Positions 37,501-49,910 of a stretch of DNA of 64,000 bases are shown here, piece after piece. How positions within the stretch are numbered: the stretch's first letter is position 1; each line of letters begins with the position of its first letter. This DNA comes from Bugula neritina (Eukaryota; Animalia; Bryozoa). The stretch lies in contig OZ037765.1 of the NCBI GenBank assembly GCA_964035545.1, forward strand, positions 34,533,504 to 34,597,503, written 5' to 3'. Under the pieces are notes generated by a model that made no database searches, was not told the DNA's origin, and saw nothing but the letters and a program-made list of their open reading frames with translations. Position numbers and translations under genes: made by a program.

Positions 37501-39173
37501 TGTAGATTCCATTTTGATAAACACTGGCTCCATTTCTTCTCACTTTAATCACAGCAAACTCATCAGGAAACGACTCCAGCAAACCAACACTCATCTGCTG
37601 ATAGACATAGTGTGGCAAGGCTAGACCATTGAATTTAGTTTCAACTCGAAGGAGCATGTTTTTTGGCGAGGAGTAAGAGGTATTAAAAAGGTCATTAGCA
37701 AACTGGGGAACAATAAAGCAGGGCTCCTTGGAATCACTAGGTAAAGGACCATATAACAAACGGAATGTTTGAAGCAAGCACACAGCAACTTCTACGTTTT
37801 CCAGACTGGTAAATGATGTTTCCTGTTTAACCAGATGAGTGAGAAGGCATTGCATCATCAAACCAGTCTCAGCGAAATGATTAACAAATTTCTCAAAGTC
37901 TTCTTTTTCAACAGGCATCCTATCCTCTGAAAAGTATGGCTGGAACTTGTCAACTCTACTCTGCCATATGTTAGCATCATGATGATACAAAACACAGAGA
38001 AGTTTGGTAACTTCTGAAATCTTGTGGAATATGTATGGCCGGAGAGAGCTGATATCTTTATACCACAAGACTTTGCCACAGTCATGCATGTATGTGAGGA
38101 TTATGTCTAGCTGACTCGGCTCAATGTGTTGATGTTGTGTTTGTACGTAGTTCAGTATCTCATCAAAAGTGCTGTACACAGAGGGAATAGACAGAACTTT
38201 TTCATTTACTTCCTCCCAGACCAGAGGTAAAGGTTTCACAAAATGGTGACTGCTTTGGAGAAGAGACTCCTTGATCAGGTCAAACACTTCATACTTATCA
38301 TCTTTCCCCACTTCATAAATGTCCTCATCAAAAAAGACTCCTTCAGTTGATTCAATGAAATGTTTGATTTGAGCAAATTCTCCACCCAATGCTTTCTCTT
38401 CTCTAATCATTGCTTCACACAGTTGATTGGAAGTTTCTAGAAAGTTTTTCCGAAGCTCCTGAAACTCCACATTTTGAAACTTATCTTTATGTGTGAAAAT
38501 AAGTTTTGGAGCACCCAGAGTTGGGTTAGCCAGATAGAGGTGAGACATGTAATCAAAGGCTAATCTTCTAACAGCTTCTCTGTGTGTTGATTCTCTTGAA
38601 ATCTCCTCATACTGCTCTATGTTGACTACTATGACTGGAATACAGTTCTGTCTCAGTGTCAGTTGATAGGTGATATGGTAGACCTCCTGGCCTCCCATAT
38701 CAATGAGACGGAGTACTGTACCATCCACCTCCACCTCTTCAACATTAAACACCTTTGTTGCCTCATCTCTCACAGCATCTGGCCCTCTGTCGGTCAGAAC
38801 TCTCTTTCTGTCAGCATTCTGTAATGTTCTGATTAGACTGGTTTTCCCAACCATGGTATTGCCCAGTACAGCTATAGTAGCAAATGGTAGACTTCTACCA
38901 GCACCTTTAGCCAAATCTGTGTAGTATTGTCTCACAGCATCTACTCCTCTCTCACATATTTCTAGTGGAGGAGATGTGAGAGCATTACAATATCTAACAT
39001 TCAGCATACGAAGTTGAGTTAGCTGTAGTATCTCAGGATCTAAAGATGTCAGGGAGTTATTAAAAGATATAGCCAGTATCTGCAGACTACTCAGTGTGTA
39101 CACAGGAGATGGTAAACTGGTGAAATTATTCCTGTATATGATCAGTTTCTTTAACTTCTGTAGACTCTGCATG
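24372..39173 (-). CDS. Gene B, 3' part: LRR-Roc-COR-caspase fusion; exons 39173-37168, 37058-36966, 34125-33917, 33764-33564, 25582-25360, 25092-24892, 24734-24625, 24530-24372
   Basis: Eight exons with AG/GT ends and matching phases (2|1|1|0|0|1|1|0), open frame to TGA at 24372-24374; Roc and caspase motifs present. Confidence 0.88.
25840..33496 (-). mobile_element. Ty3/Gypsy element G2, full length, decayed, in a caspase intron
   Basis: LTRs 25840-26262 and 33073-33496 (TG..CA); TSD ATAT; tRNA-Leu PBS 33054-33071; PPT beside 26263; gag-PR-RT-RH-IN order in broken ORFs 33016-27800 (RT motif YLDY). Confidence 0.97.
33564..33764 (-). CDS. Caspase p20 N-terminal exon of gene B
   Basis: VYAMTDPVRGRVMIINNERF..TRDGSYID..LLKDMGF; 201 nt, phase 0-0. 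Confidence 0.92.
34355..36795. mobile_element. Possible old DNA transposon in gene B intron
   Basis: Imperfect inverted ends sharing GATAGCTCGAACAG (~34368) and CTGTTCGAGCTATC (~36767); no ORF. Confidence 0.4.
35871..35950 (+). other. tRNA-derived (Pol III A/B box) SINE-like head
   Basis: TGGTCCAGAGG (35878) and GGTTCAACCC (35921) followed by an oligo-T run. Confidence 0.4.
37168..39173 (-). CDS. Large exon of gene B: terminal LRRs + Roc GTPase + COR
   Basis: LRRs then SPPLEIC..VRQYY cap; G1 GNTMVGKTS, switch-I EAT, G3 DMGGQEVY..T, G4 THKD; COR-type PLVW and LTYMHDCGKVLWY; begins AG|C ATG (phase 2). Confidence 0.93.
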
Positions 39174-39402
39174 CTGAGAGAAATACAAATACTGCTTTGT
39201 AAAAAAATTAATATAATTCCATATTATACTCTATAATATATATCATTATAATGACTATCTAGGATTCTGCAATTAAATTTATATTTATAGCTTTTCATAT
39301 AGATTTTAAACTGGTAGGAGTTATTTCCCTGGTGTTTGATACAAATTGGAGCAGGTAAATGATACAATATATCACCCAGTAACTGTAGATTGACTATCAT
39401 TG

Positions 39403-39446
39403 TAATATATCTCAGTATAACATTATAATATATCTCAGTATAATAT
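39403..39446. repeat. Two units of the same 23-bp satellite
   Basis: TAATATATCTCAGTATAACATTATAATATATCTCAGTATAATAT. Confidence 0.9.
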
Positions 39447-39775
39447 TGTAGTGCATTTCACAATTCACTATATTATGTGGGTCTACTTATACAAAGCTAC
39501 TTCATCAGGTTGATCACGTTATATAGAATTTATTATTTACAAAAAATACAATAAATTAAACTACTAAACTAATTACACGATTACATAATATTGAGCACTT
39601 TATACACAACTACTCTATGCCAAGTCCCAAGCTGCTCTGCTCGGCTAGCTGCTTAGCGTGCTTCCACTACGCGTAGCTAGCTCCACCTGGTCCTAATTAG
39701 TAGTCACTCCTGATTGGCTAGCATTAGTAGTGCCACTGTCGACTATAAGATGCTGTCGGATAGCAGTCGACGTAT
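39447..39775 (-). mobile_element. Partial Gypsy LTR inserted in the satellite and interrupted by G3
   Basis: Starts TG after ATAT; shares blocks with the G2 LTR (AAGTCC..CTCTGC..CCACTAC..CTAATTAG..TGATTGGC); other end not seen. Confidence 0.65.
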
Positions 39776-42700
39776 TGTTGTGACTTACACAATCTAAATG
39801 CGTGGTCCCTAGCTTGTAATTATACGCTAATTATTCGCAGCAGTAGAGGGTTTACAGTGGGATTAGAATATATTTATTTACAGTTACATAATAATAAAAA
39901 GATACATATAAAACGATTCCACTATTTAATTACATCCTTTCTAGTCTATTGCGCTCTCTACTATATACAACATCCTTCAAATTATGCATCGCTGGGGGTT
40001 GTCACCTGACACATCTCTAATTGGTTGGGGGACACGTGGAGGCGCGTATTGCGTGTTCCACTACACCGCCCCCTCCCCCAGCAGGAAGCCTACCTTCCTG
40101 ATAACACAGATAAAAAAATAAAAAAATATAATAGTAGAGAAAATAAAAAAAAGGAAGAGAGATGCGTGGTACGTGTATAAAAAAAACACAATTACAAAAA
40201 AAAACATAAAACCGTATGAACATGGCACCGCATTAATAATAGTGAGAGGCACTTATAGGCCGACGGCCCATACGACTAAAAAATACTCTTATGGACTAGC
40301 TACCAAATTGTCATAGTGGGAGATTTATTTATGGCACCGGGTACGAGATAGAGGCTGTAAGTGAGGCATCACCTGCGGTAGAGTAAGGAATGGGGGAGTA
40401 GGACGAGTAGAGAAAGGGGGTTTAGATACTCCGTCTTATGCGTTCTTCTTCAGTTGGGCTACAGAGTCGCGGAGAGCCCGGAGTTTGGAGGCGGCGGCAG
40501 ATATCCTAGGCGCCAACCTTTGCACTTCTCTCTCTAGTTCACGTATCCGTTCTTCTGTTTCCCTTAGGTTCCGGGCGGGGGCAGAGTGACGGTTGGGAGA
40601 TGAAGATAGTCAACGTCATTTACAGGAGGATCTTGGAGAAACGGGAGGAGAGGGACGCCATCGTTGGGGCACTTTGATGCGTTGCAGCACGACTCTGGGT
40701 ATGGAGTTGGGACGGGGCACTGTGTGAGCGGGGGGAGTGATGAACGAGGCGTGGGTGGTTTCTTAAACCCCGGGGGCTTGAGGCAGGGTCCTTGTGTAAT
40801 GACACGGGGTGCGAGGAACTCTTGACGCAGCCGTTCATAGCGAGCCAGGTCTGAGATAAATGGCCTGAAGAGATCGAGGAAATGAGAGAAAGAGGGTTTG
40901 TCGACTTCGTAGAGATGTCCAACATGACATCTCACGGTCCGCTGATGACGGAGGATGTAGTCCCTGTGGTAACTATATTCACCACAGGGACAGAAGGTGG
41001 TGACATAACGTTGGGGGACGTAGACCCTGAGTCTGCGAGGGGTGGTGAAATGAAGCTGACACAGACGGCAGGTGGTGCATTGGTCATCGCCTTTATATTC
41101 TCGAATAAGTGCTTCAGTGTCCTTGGTAATCCAGCATGACTGGGTTAAAAGTATTTCCGGCAGCGTGACGGGGGTCGGTTCCTCATCCCATGCCATCTCC
41201 AACGGCGGCATGTCACGAGGGAGAGGAGAGTGAGTGGTATCTAAAAGAGCAGAATTATTGTTAGATCGAGTCTGATCTTTACAGCATAATTCTGATGACA
41301 ACCGACTGTTCCTAGTCTGGGAGTCATGCATCTTTTCATACGGCACTCGAAAGACTGTGTCGTGGCATGTAGACTGACTGAAAGACATAGTGTCAAGCTC
41401 CAGATCTAGTAGATCGTCGGCCATTGTTATGTTCTCGTCGCCTTTCACGTATGACTCAGTCCCCAGTAGTTGTGATTCAATCAGTGCGATTAAATCAGAA
41501 CTAACTGATGTTAGACCTATCTCCATGGATGGGAATGTTAGGTCAGAGCAAGCTTACCTGGGAACCCGGTATTTGAAATCATACTCAGCGTTCAAGCTTG
41601 GATGTTAGTGAATTGGATTTGGATACGTCTGCCCTTGGTGATGTCAGCGTAGGAAAAGACCGGACAGCGTGTTTGTTGCGCACGGCTGGAACTATTTGCC
41701 CCGGGCGTAGTAGTTTTGTCCACTACTCCGCCTTCGCAAAAGTTAGTATTCCCGTGGTGTACACAACTCCCACGTTTTGCTGCCAGTCTTTGCGTACGGT
41801 GCCCAGCTAGATTTTCATAACTGCCGCTTGTAACGCGGTCACATAGAAAGTCTTTTAAGTAAGCTGGGGGTTTTCTAGTACGTTGTCCCCGTTCCAGGGG
41901 AGGTGACGTACTAGCTGGGGAAGATGGTGTAGTTGTTGGTCGGGGCGGCGTACTCACTGGTGGGCTATTTTGCTCCGCCGGTGGTGTTTCTGGCCCGTCG
42001 TTAGTGATGGTATTTTATTCCCCGACATTGCCTCCGGATGTAGCCCCTCCCGCGGGGAGGTTTTGCACTTCCGGACGCGGATGCGGACCCGGAAGTGGTG
42101 GTGGTAGGCTCGGTATTGGGGGCGATGGGCGCACTTCTGTCGATGGAAGTGGCCTTTCCTGCCTTACTGAGTCCTCCTCTCGCGGCACAACCACTTCGTA
42201 TTCTGGCCCATGCCGCCGCCCGCGCCTTGCTGTCTGCCTTCTGGGCTCCAACAACAGGGGGGGGGGGTTCTCCTGCCGCTCCTGGGCTAGCCCAATACGG
42301 TTTCAAGCGGGCTTCATTCTGGACAGAGACCTGTCCAGAATGCTCCAACTTGTACGTATGATTTGGCATCGCCTCAACTACTACGTAGGGTTCCACGAAC
42401 TTAGGCTGGAGCTTAGCCGCTTGTCCTCGACGCCTACAGTAGTTGACCATCCATACCCAGTCTCCAATTTGATAGAGGGGTGGTTCCTGAGAGACCTTTT
42501 GCCGTACCTGCCACTGCTGTGTTCGCAGTATTTCATGTGCGGCTTTCAGGTCCTCTATCAATTTACTGGCATATTCAATAATGGTGTAGTCCTGTTCGGG
42601 GATGCGGTATGTGAGGTGGTCGGGCACTCGCGTCTCTCGACCAAGCATCAGGAGGTTAGGGGCCTCCCTCATACTGGTATGCGGTGTACTACGGTAGGCT

Positions 42701-45700
42701 TGCATGATTTGCTAGTACCGTATCCCATTCCTCCTGACCCCGGCCGAGGAGCAGACTGCGGAGTGCGTCGCCCAACATGCGGTTGTTGCGTTCTACCACC
42801 CCTTTACCTTGAGGATGGTACGGAGTGGTTCTGCTTTGGTTTACTCCCCAGAGGCGGCAGAGATCGCTCAACAGTTGAGACTGGAATTGAGCTCCCTGGT
42901 CCAAATGTATCTGCTCGGGTAGTCCGAGGTAGCAGAATACATTTTGGTCTAGCACCCTGGCCACCGTTGGGGCAGACGCATCTTGAATAGCCAGAGCGTC
43001 GGCCCACCTGGTAAAGTGGTTCGGTCAATACTAAGATCCAACTGTTTCCTCTGGGGGTGAGAGGCATGGGTCCGACCAGGTCAACAGCTACCACTTGCCA
43101 TGGCCTTCCAGCATATAGCCTACGCCGTCCCGCTTCGCCAGGGAGACGGCCATGCTTGCTGGCCTGGCAGATTTTACACTGCTTTACTCTGAGTCGTACA
43201 TCACGCCCCATGCCGGGCCAGTACCATCGGAGCTGTAATTTGGTGAGCACCCTTTGGACCCCTGCGTGGGTCTGCTTATGGGTGTCCCATACTAACTCCC
43301 GGCGAATGGCGGCTGGGCAGACCACCCTCTCTCTCTCGTGGTGTCTGTTATAGTCGGCCACTGTCATGGTCAGCAGACTATCCGGCCCGATCCGCAGGGA
43401 GTCCCAACGTTGGCAGTACAGCCGTAACTCGGCGCATCCCTGCCGCAGTTGTTATTCGCTGGGTCGTCACCCCTGTTTCTTAGCCTGGTACACGTCGGCT
43501 ACGACCCCTGGAAGGTTTTCCTGGAGTTTTTGTAGCTCCCTGACGTTACTAGTCAAGACAGGGTTGGCGCGAAGGCTCTGTATAGCCTCCGGAGGCGTAT
43601 CAGCCTTCTGTCGGAGTTTACCCTGGTCCCAGTCATACTCCATGCTAGGGTGGTTCAGTGCTCTTAACTCGTATCTTGGGGAACCCTCGTCCCTCTTCTC
43701 GATGTTAAGGCATTGTTTACACCCCTCGTCCGGCCGCCGGCTCAGTCCGTCGGCATTGCCGTGTTTCTTACCGGGCCTATGTTCGATCCGGTGAGAGAAC
43801 TCGGCCAGGACCTCGAGCCACCTGGCGACCTGCTCTCTTGCATAACTAAATCAAGTACGCAGCCAGAACTTCCTGCCGTATAGATAAGGTCTGAAGTGCT
43901 TCACCGACTTGATCACTGCCAGCAGTTCCTTGCGGGCAGTGCAGTAATTTCGTTCGGTGGGTGAGAGAGACTTGCTGTAGCAGGCCACGACTACTTCGCG
44001 GCCCTCCTGCACCTGGGACAGCACAGCGCCGACGTTTTGGTCACTGGCGTCAGTATCTAGGATGTACTCCAGGGCAGGGTCTGGGTAGGCTAAGATGGGG
44101 GCCTCCAGCAGGCGGCCCTTGAGGCAGTCGAACGCCCTCTGTTCGACGGAAGTCCACTGCCAGGTAACCCCCATTTGCGGTGAGCCGATTTAACGGCTGT
44201 GCCACTCCCGCAAAGTCTGTTATGTATTGCCGGAAATACCCCACCAGCCCAAGAAATGCCCGAAGTCCGGTCAAATCCTTGGGGGTGACCCAGTGTTCTA
44301 TAGCTCGTACCTTTTCGGGATCTGTCGCCACACCGTGACGGCCGACGATGTGTCCCAGGTACTTGACCTCTGGCTGCAAGAGAGCAAACTTGGAGGGTTT
44401 GAGCTTCAGACCGGCACCTCTGAGTCGTTCGAAAACCTCCCGCAGACGACTGACGTGCGTCTGGAAGTCTGGGGAGATCACGATGACGTCATCAAGGTAT
44501 ACCAGCAGTGTCTTCCAGTGGAGTCCACTGAGGACCTGTTCCATGAGCCTCTGGAACGTGGCGGGGGCAGAACTTAGTCCAAAGGGTAGGACTTTCCACT
44601 TCCATAAGCCGTCCCGCGTGATGAACGCCGCCTTCTCCTGGGCGTCAGGACTGAGGGGGACCTGCCAGTAGCCGCTCAGCAAGTCTAGCGTACTGAAGTA
44701 CTTGCTGCCGGCTAGGGCGTTCAGAGATTCATCAATCCTGGGTAGGGGGTAGGCGTCCTGTATGGTCACGCTATTTAGTTTGCAGTAATCCACACAGAAC
44801 CGCCAACTGCCGTCTTTCTTTCGGACCAAGACCACCGGCGAGCTCCACGCACTATGTGCTGGCTCTATGTGCTGGCTCTATGAGGCCGCGGTCCAAAAGA
44901 TCCCGGACTTGTTGGCTAACCTCCTTCTCCGGTCCCAACCTCCGAGTGGGCTGTCGGATAGGGGCAGTCCCGGCAGCCAGTGTTATCTCATGACGGACAG
45001 CCGTTGTCAGGCCTACGTCATGGTCCCCACTGCTGAACACGTCACTATATTCGCGTAGCAACTGGGCCATGGCCTGGCGCTCTCCGTTGCTCGCGCAGCC
45101 GTCACACGGTGCCTGATATAGCTCTTGGACGTGTTGTGGGACGGTCCCCCGCCTAACTGACGGGCTCTGTTGGAGACCTTCCGCCGCAGCTCCCAGCGAC
45201 GGCCCTACATCTTTTTTCTAGATAAAGTGGAAACGGCTCAGCACGGACCCTGACGGTAGTTGTACCGCTTCAGAGAAGGGGTTGACGCACTGCACCAAGA
45301 TCTCTCCTCGGTCAGTCAGTCGGTTAAGACTGCTGGCGAGTTGGATTCTTGTGTGCGCGCCTTCGACAACCCCTAACCCCGAGAGTTGGCTATTGTTCAC
45401 TCTGCAATGAATGGTGGCCCGGGAGCGGCCGGGTATTGTACAGTTCCGTACTACCTGCACGCCTCCCACTAAGGGACGACCGAACTTGTCGACACAGGTG
45501 AGTTCCTTGCCGGCCATCAGCATGGCTGATTTGCTAAAGGTTATGCGGCAACCGTGTCTCTTCAAGAACGGCATCCCCAGTATAGCATCCTCTTCAAGTT
45601 GGCTGATGACGAAGGTTTCCTGGATGGCCTGGTCCCGGACGCGCCCAGTCAGCTCTGTATTACCGTAGAATGGAATTCGCAACCCGTCAGCTAGGGTGCC

Positions 45701-47384
45701 CGGTTCCCCGGTATAGAAAGCTAAGGCTCCCCTCTCCCTGGAGGGGAGGGTGTCAAAGACCCGACGGCTGAGGAGATTAGTGGTACACCCGGAGTCCAGT
45801 AGAAAGGTGACAGCTTTGCCAGCCACCTTTCCTGGCAAGAAATAGCTATCTCCATGAGGCTGTACCCGTACTCCCCCAGCGTGCTCGGTCTCGGCCGAAA
45901 GGGGTGGTGCCCGTTTGTTCCGCGGTTTGCGGGGCCGGTGAGAGTTTTTTTGCGGAGGGGTGGGTTAATCCCCTCCGATGTCCGAAGGGACCTCGCCAGC
46001 TGGCTCCATTTCTGGTAGCGGGCTAAAGCGGTTAGTGAGAGGCAGTGAGAAGGGTTCTTGTTGTCGGTCAGATTGACTGGTCCGACGAGGTGTTTGCCAC
46101 TGGTGGGGGGTATACCGCTGGGTCCGTGCGGACGCCTGGCGGTAATCATCCCGCTTTTCCTTCTTCTTTGGTTTGCGGAGTTCTGGGGGCTTCCGTGGGT
46201 TGTAGGATTTCCGCCGCTTCTTGGGTTGTGGACAGCTTGAGCGGAGGTGTCCCCTCATACCGCATCTCCAGCAAGTGGCAGCTGGTCTGGGGGTCTCTAC
46301 TCCTGGCCTCTTGTATCCCGTGGGGTTGCTGTGTGTTATGGTCGCCACCAGCTGTTCTAGCATAGTCATTAAGTGATCGACCTCCGTTTCCAAGGAGGGG
46401 CTGGTAGTAGCGGCGGCCACTCGGACCGGGTGGTCTGGTCTTCCGGTGACTCGCGGGGTAATCTCTATTGCTCGATAGAGTTGTTCGGCCCCCACATAAG
46501 CCTCGCTTTCTTGTAGCACAGCCTCTATCGTGGTCACTCCTCTCGCTTGTAACTGGTGGTGAAAGCCTAAATTGTTGAGGGACTGTACAAAAACCTCTAA
46601 CGTATAACGTCGTCTGTGTGTCTCTGGCAGGTCGCTATACGCGATCTGTGCCAGTCTCTTCACTAGGGTAGCATGGTCTGGGAGTGGTGTACATGTTTTG
46701 TGGAGCAGTCCTTGTAAACCGGCCCTGGCGTCTAAGACAGGTATGCCAAAACGGGCCCGTAGCGCAGCAATGATCCCGTCTACGCTAGGTCTCAGCCCGT
46801 ACGGCCTGACTTGTTCTGTCAGTGCCATCCATAGTTTTATCAGGGCTACTCTCGGCGGCCATCTTGTAATGGCTACAACTTCATTGAATTCCCGAATAAA
46901 TTGTTCAACATCTTCTAGGCCCGTGAAGACGGGAGCCTCTAAGGTATATTTATATGCCTCCTCTCCGGCCTCGAGAGGGTTTACGATAAATGTCTCGCTC
47001 ATCTTCTTCATTTGAAGCTGTACTTTCGGCCATGATGTTCTAATGTTCTTCCATCGTCTTTTACACAGTAGCTAGGATCTCACCGCTGCCACCACTGTTG
47101 TGATTTACAAAATCTAAATGCGTGGTCCTTAGCTTGTAATTATACATGAATTATCCGCAGTAGTAGAGGGTTTACAGTAGGATTAGAATATATTTATTTA
47201 CAGTTACATAATAATAAAAAGATACATATAAAACGATTCCACTATTTAATTACATCCTTTCTAGTCTAATGCGCTCTCTACTATATACAACATTCTTCAA
47301 ATTATGCATCGCTGGGGGTTGTCACCCGACGCATCTCTAATTGGTTGGGGACACGTCGAGGCGCGTATTGCGTGTTCCACTACA
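39776..47384 (-). mobile_element. Ty3/Gypsy element G3, full length, decayed
   Basis: LTRs 39776-40065 and 47096-47384; TSD GTAT; PBS 47077-47094; PPT beside 40066; gag 47011-45965, PR LLDSG, RT YLDD, RH, IN in broken ORFs. Confidence 0.97.
40436..41582 (-). pseudogene. Spliced ORF3 of G3 (exon1 41582-41558, exon2 41240-40436), one frameshift
   Basis: ATG..CCA G|GTAAGC; CTAAC..CTTTTAG|AT; CRLCQLHF..FCPCGEYSYHRDYILRH; C-terminal LRETEERIRELEREVQRL coiled coil in a shifted frame. Confidence 0.8.
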
Positions 47385-47649
47385 GTATAGCTTATTCACA
47401 CACGACGTTTTTTGTTCGTTGGGTCCGACGAATGCCCAACTAACAAACATCGCACCTCTTTGTCGCGCCAGCTGCAATAGTAGTGTATAGTTGCTTAGCA
47501 ACAGTGCTTTTACTCGCAAAGTTGTGACTAGTTAAATTTAGCTATAACCAAGTAAAAATTCCGAGTTAATAAAATAATTATAATCAAATCTGAAACATTT
47601 AGATTATGACAAATTTATTAGCTAAACAAAAGCTAAAGATTTAGTATAT

Positions 47650-48207
47650 TGTGGTAAATATTAGCAGTTATCCCCCTTGACACATTACTTATGGCTATTT
47701 GTCTAAATACTGTAATCATAGCTAAATATGTAGCTTAACTTTCTAATACCTTAAACACTATGGCTAATGTTGAGCTTTTAACATAGTAAATAGTTAATCC
47801 CCTTTCCCCCAATTACAAGTTACAATACGCATACACTTGGTTGGGTTCATTTTTGTTGATTCATGTAAACCGAAAGTTGGACCGATTTCGGCAGGTGGAT
47901 GCAGGCAGACCGAATGTCGGTTGCCGATATTTCCAGTGTCGGTTACCGACATGACGAATGTCGGTATCCCCTGCCGAACATCGGTCCTGCTGTCGGTAGA
48001 AGGTTCTAGAGGTCCTTTGTTCTACCAGTATAAAAGGACACGCATTTTAGAGCTTCAGTCACTTGCGGACTGGAGCTCACACTGGATACTTCTCACTGCT
48101 ACAATAAAGTACTGCAAACACACGGCAACCTCTCTCTCTTGTCTCTTCTACAACAAGGAGTTATGTTCTCTGCCTGATTTCATTCTATTACCCACAAAAC
48201 TACTACA
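47650..48207 (+). mobile_element. Solo LTR (558 bp)
   Basis: TG..CA, TSD ATAT, TATAAAA ~48029, AATAAA ~48103; absent from the mirror arm. Confidence 0.85.
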
Positions 48208-48287
48208 ATATTTATGTTTAACAACAGTTAGACTGTGAAAAGGAAATGAAAATGACACGTAAAACTACAATGCCGTAGTCGTGCTTT

Positions 48288-48959
48288 TGTGATATTTTTG
48301 TGGGTTGAATAGAACTAGTGCCTGAACATACTCTTTGTTAGAGAGAACAAGATGTATTGTATAGTTGAAGAAATCTTTATTTAGTCGAATAATATATAAT
48401 AGTGAAAGTCTTCTGCCAGTGAGCTCCAGTAGTAGACTGAACTACACTGGAGCTCACTGGCTTTTATATACAACAAGAGATAGGGTTTTTCCTTTGTTGC
48501 CGAGATCGGAGGTCCGAAACGCCGACTTTCGGCATTTCGGGGCTTTCGGTAGCCCGAACTGCCGACTTTCGGTATTTCGGCATTTCGGAAGGCCGAAATG
48601 CCGATCTCGGGCAACAGGAAATAAATACATGCAAAAATCTACTACACCATTACAGCATTAAAAACGATACGTAACAGTATTTATAATACTGACGCACGCA
48701 GTTATTTCAGAATAATAGAGGATGAAAATCTATTACAAAAGAACGCAACATTAGTACAAGAAATATTACATAACTTCAGAATGCGTATTTCAGTAAAATG
48801 ACATTATGTTGAAAGCTTTAACAGTAATTACCATACTTAGGCATTAGCAAGCTAGCTTACTTAACTATAATTACAGAATTAAAAACGATACGCAACAGTA
48901 TTTATAATACTGTTGCACGCTGTTATTTCAAAACTAATAGAGGGTGAAAATCCATTACA
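48288..48959 (-). mobile_element. Solo LTR (672 bp)
   Basis: TG..CA, TSD CTTT, TATA and polyA signals on the minus strand, internal ~80-bp direct repeat; absent from the mirror arm. Confidence 0.82.
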
Positions 48960-49910
48960 CTTTTATATCAAACTCAAACTGATTATTTATTTTTTCGTAG
49001 CCTTTCATTTCTTATTCTACTTATATTTTTTAGTGTTGCTAAATAAAAAATTAAAATGACCTGTTTTATAGTAGTTTTTCTATGAAAGAACTATAGCTAA
49101 AATGTTTCAGCTGAAACAATTAATATTATAAAATAAAATAAAAGTTGGTAGTGTCTACTTTAGGTAAAATGATTCAGTTGCCTCATTTTCAATTTAACTA
49201 CATTTTAACTTTTTTTCAAGTCACTGCTACTCATTGTGCACATCAACTCAGTTGCTTACGTGCATCTTTGTATTCAGGATCACAAAGATCATACTGATAC
49301 AGTGCAGCTGGTCAAGCTATTGTTATGTTTTTCAGATTTAGGGTTGATATGCTATCCAGAGAGCCTACTTATTTGCTATAGAACTGCACCAGGATAAGTC
49401 GAGTGAACGAGTATATTTTACACACAATTATACATTATAAAAACGATACAATACATCCAGACAAGTTATACATCTAATCTATTTGACACTCTAGCTTCGA
49501 CTGACTTAGCAGCGGGAAACTATAATTGCTGCTAACTATCAAATACGCCAATTGGCTATCCATTGTTCCGGGTCAATTACGCGACCCTACATGTTGTGCT
49601 GCTGGTAGTTCCACGAACCACCACACCGCCCCCACCAGTAGAAAGCCGTCTTTCTGATATATATAAAAAAAACATTCATTAGTAACCGCATACATCAGTG
49701 GACAAAAATAATACATAATATACAGGAAGAGACATAATAATAGGCAGAGTCATTATAACAATCCGTTACCTACAATTGACCAGCTATAGACGAGGAATAC
49801 CGGCTAACTGTGGTGTTAGACAGGGAATAACCTGTCAAGCAGTCAAGCATTTACATGACATCTTGGTTTCTCCCAAGAGGCGAAGTTGCGGAGTACTCCG
49901 GGTAGCCGAA

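Noticed and set aside
9607-39173. Single gene joining the LRR cassettes to the Roc-caspase exons in this window
   Set aside because: On the minus strand the cassettes lie downstream of the caspase stop codon and have their own start exon, so these are two genes
40564-41526. ORF3 as an env gene
   Set aside because: No signal peptide, fusion or transmembrane segment; zinc-finger and coiled-coil content instead
42004-42990. 328-aa plus-strand ORF and similar antisense ORFs in Gypsy interiors
   Set aside because: Antisense shadows of GC-rich pol; not conserved as ORFs between elements
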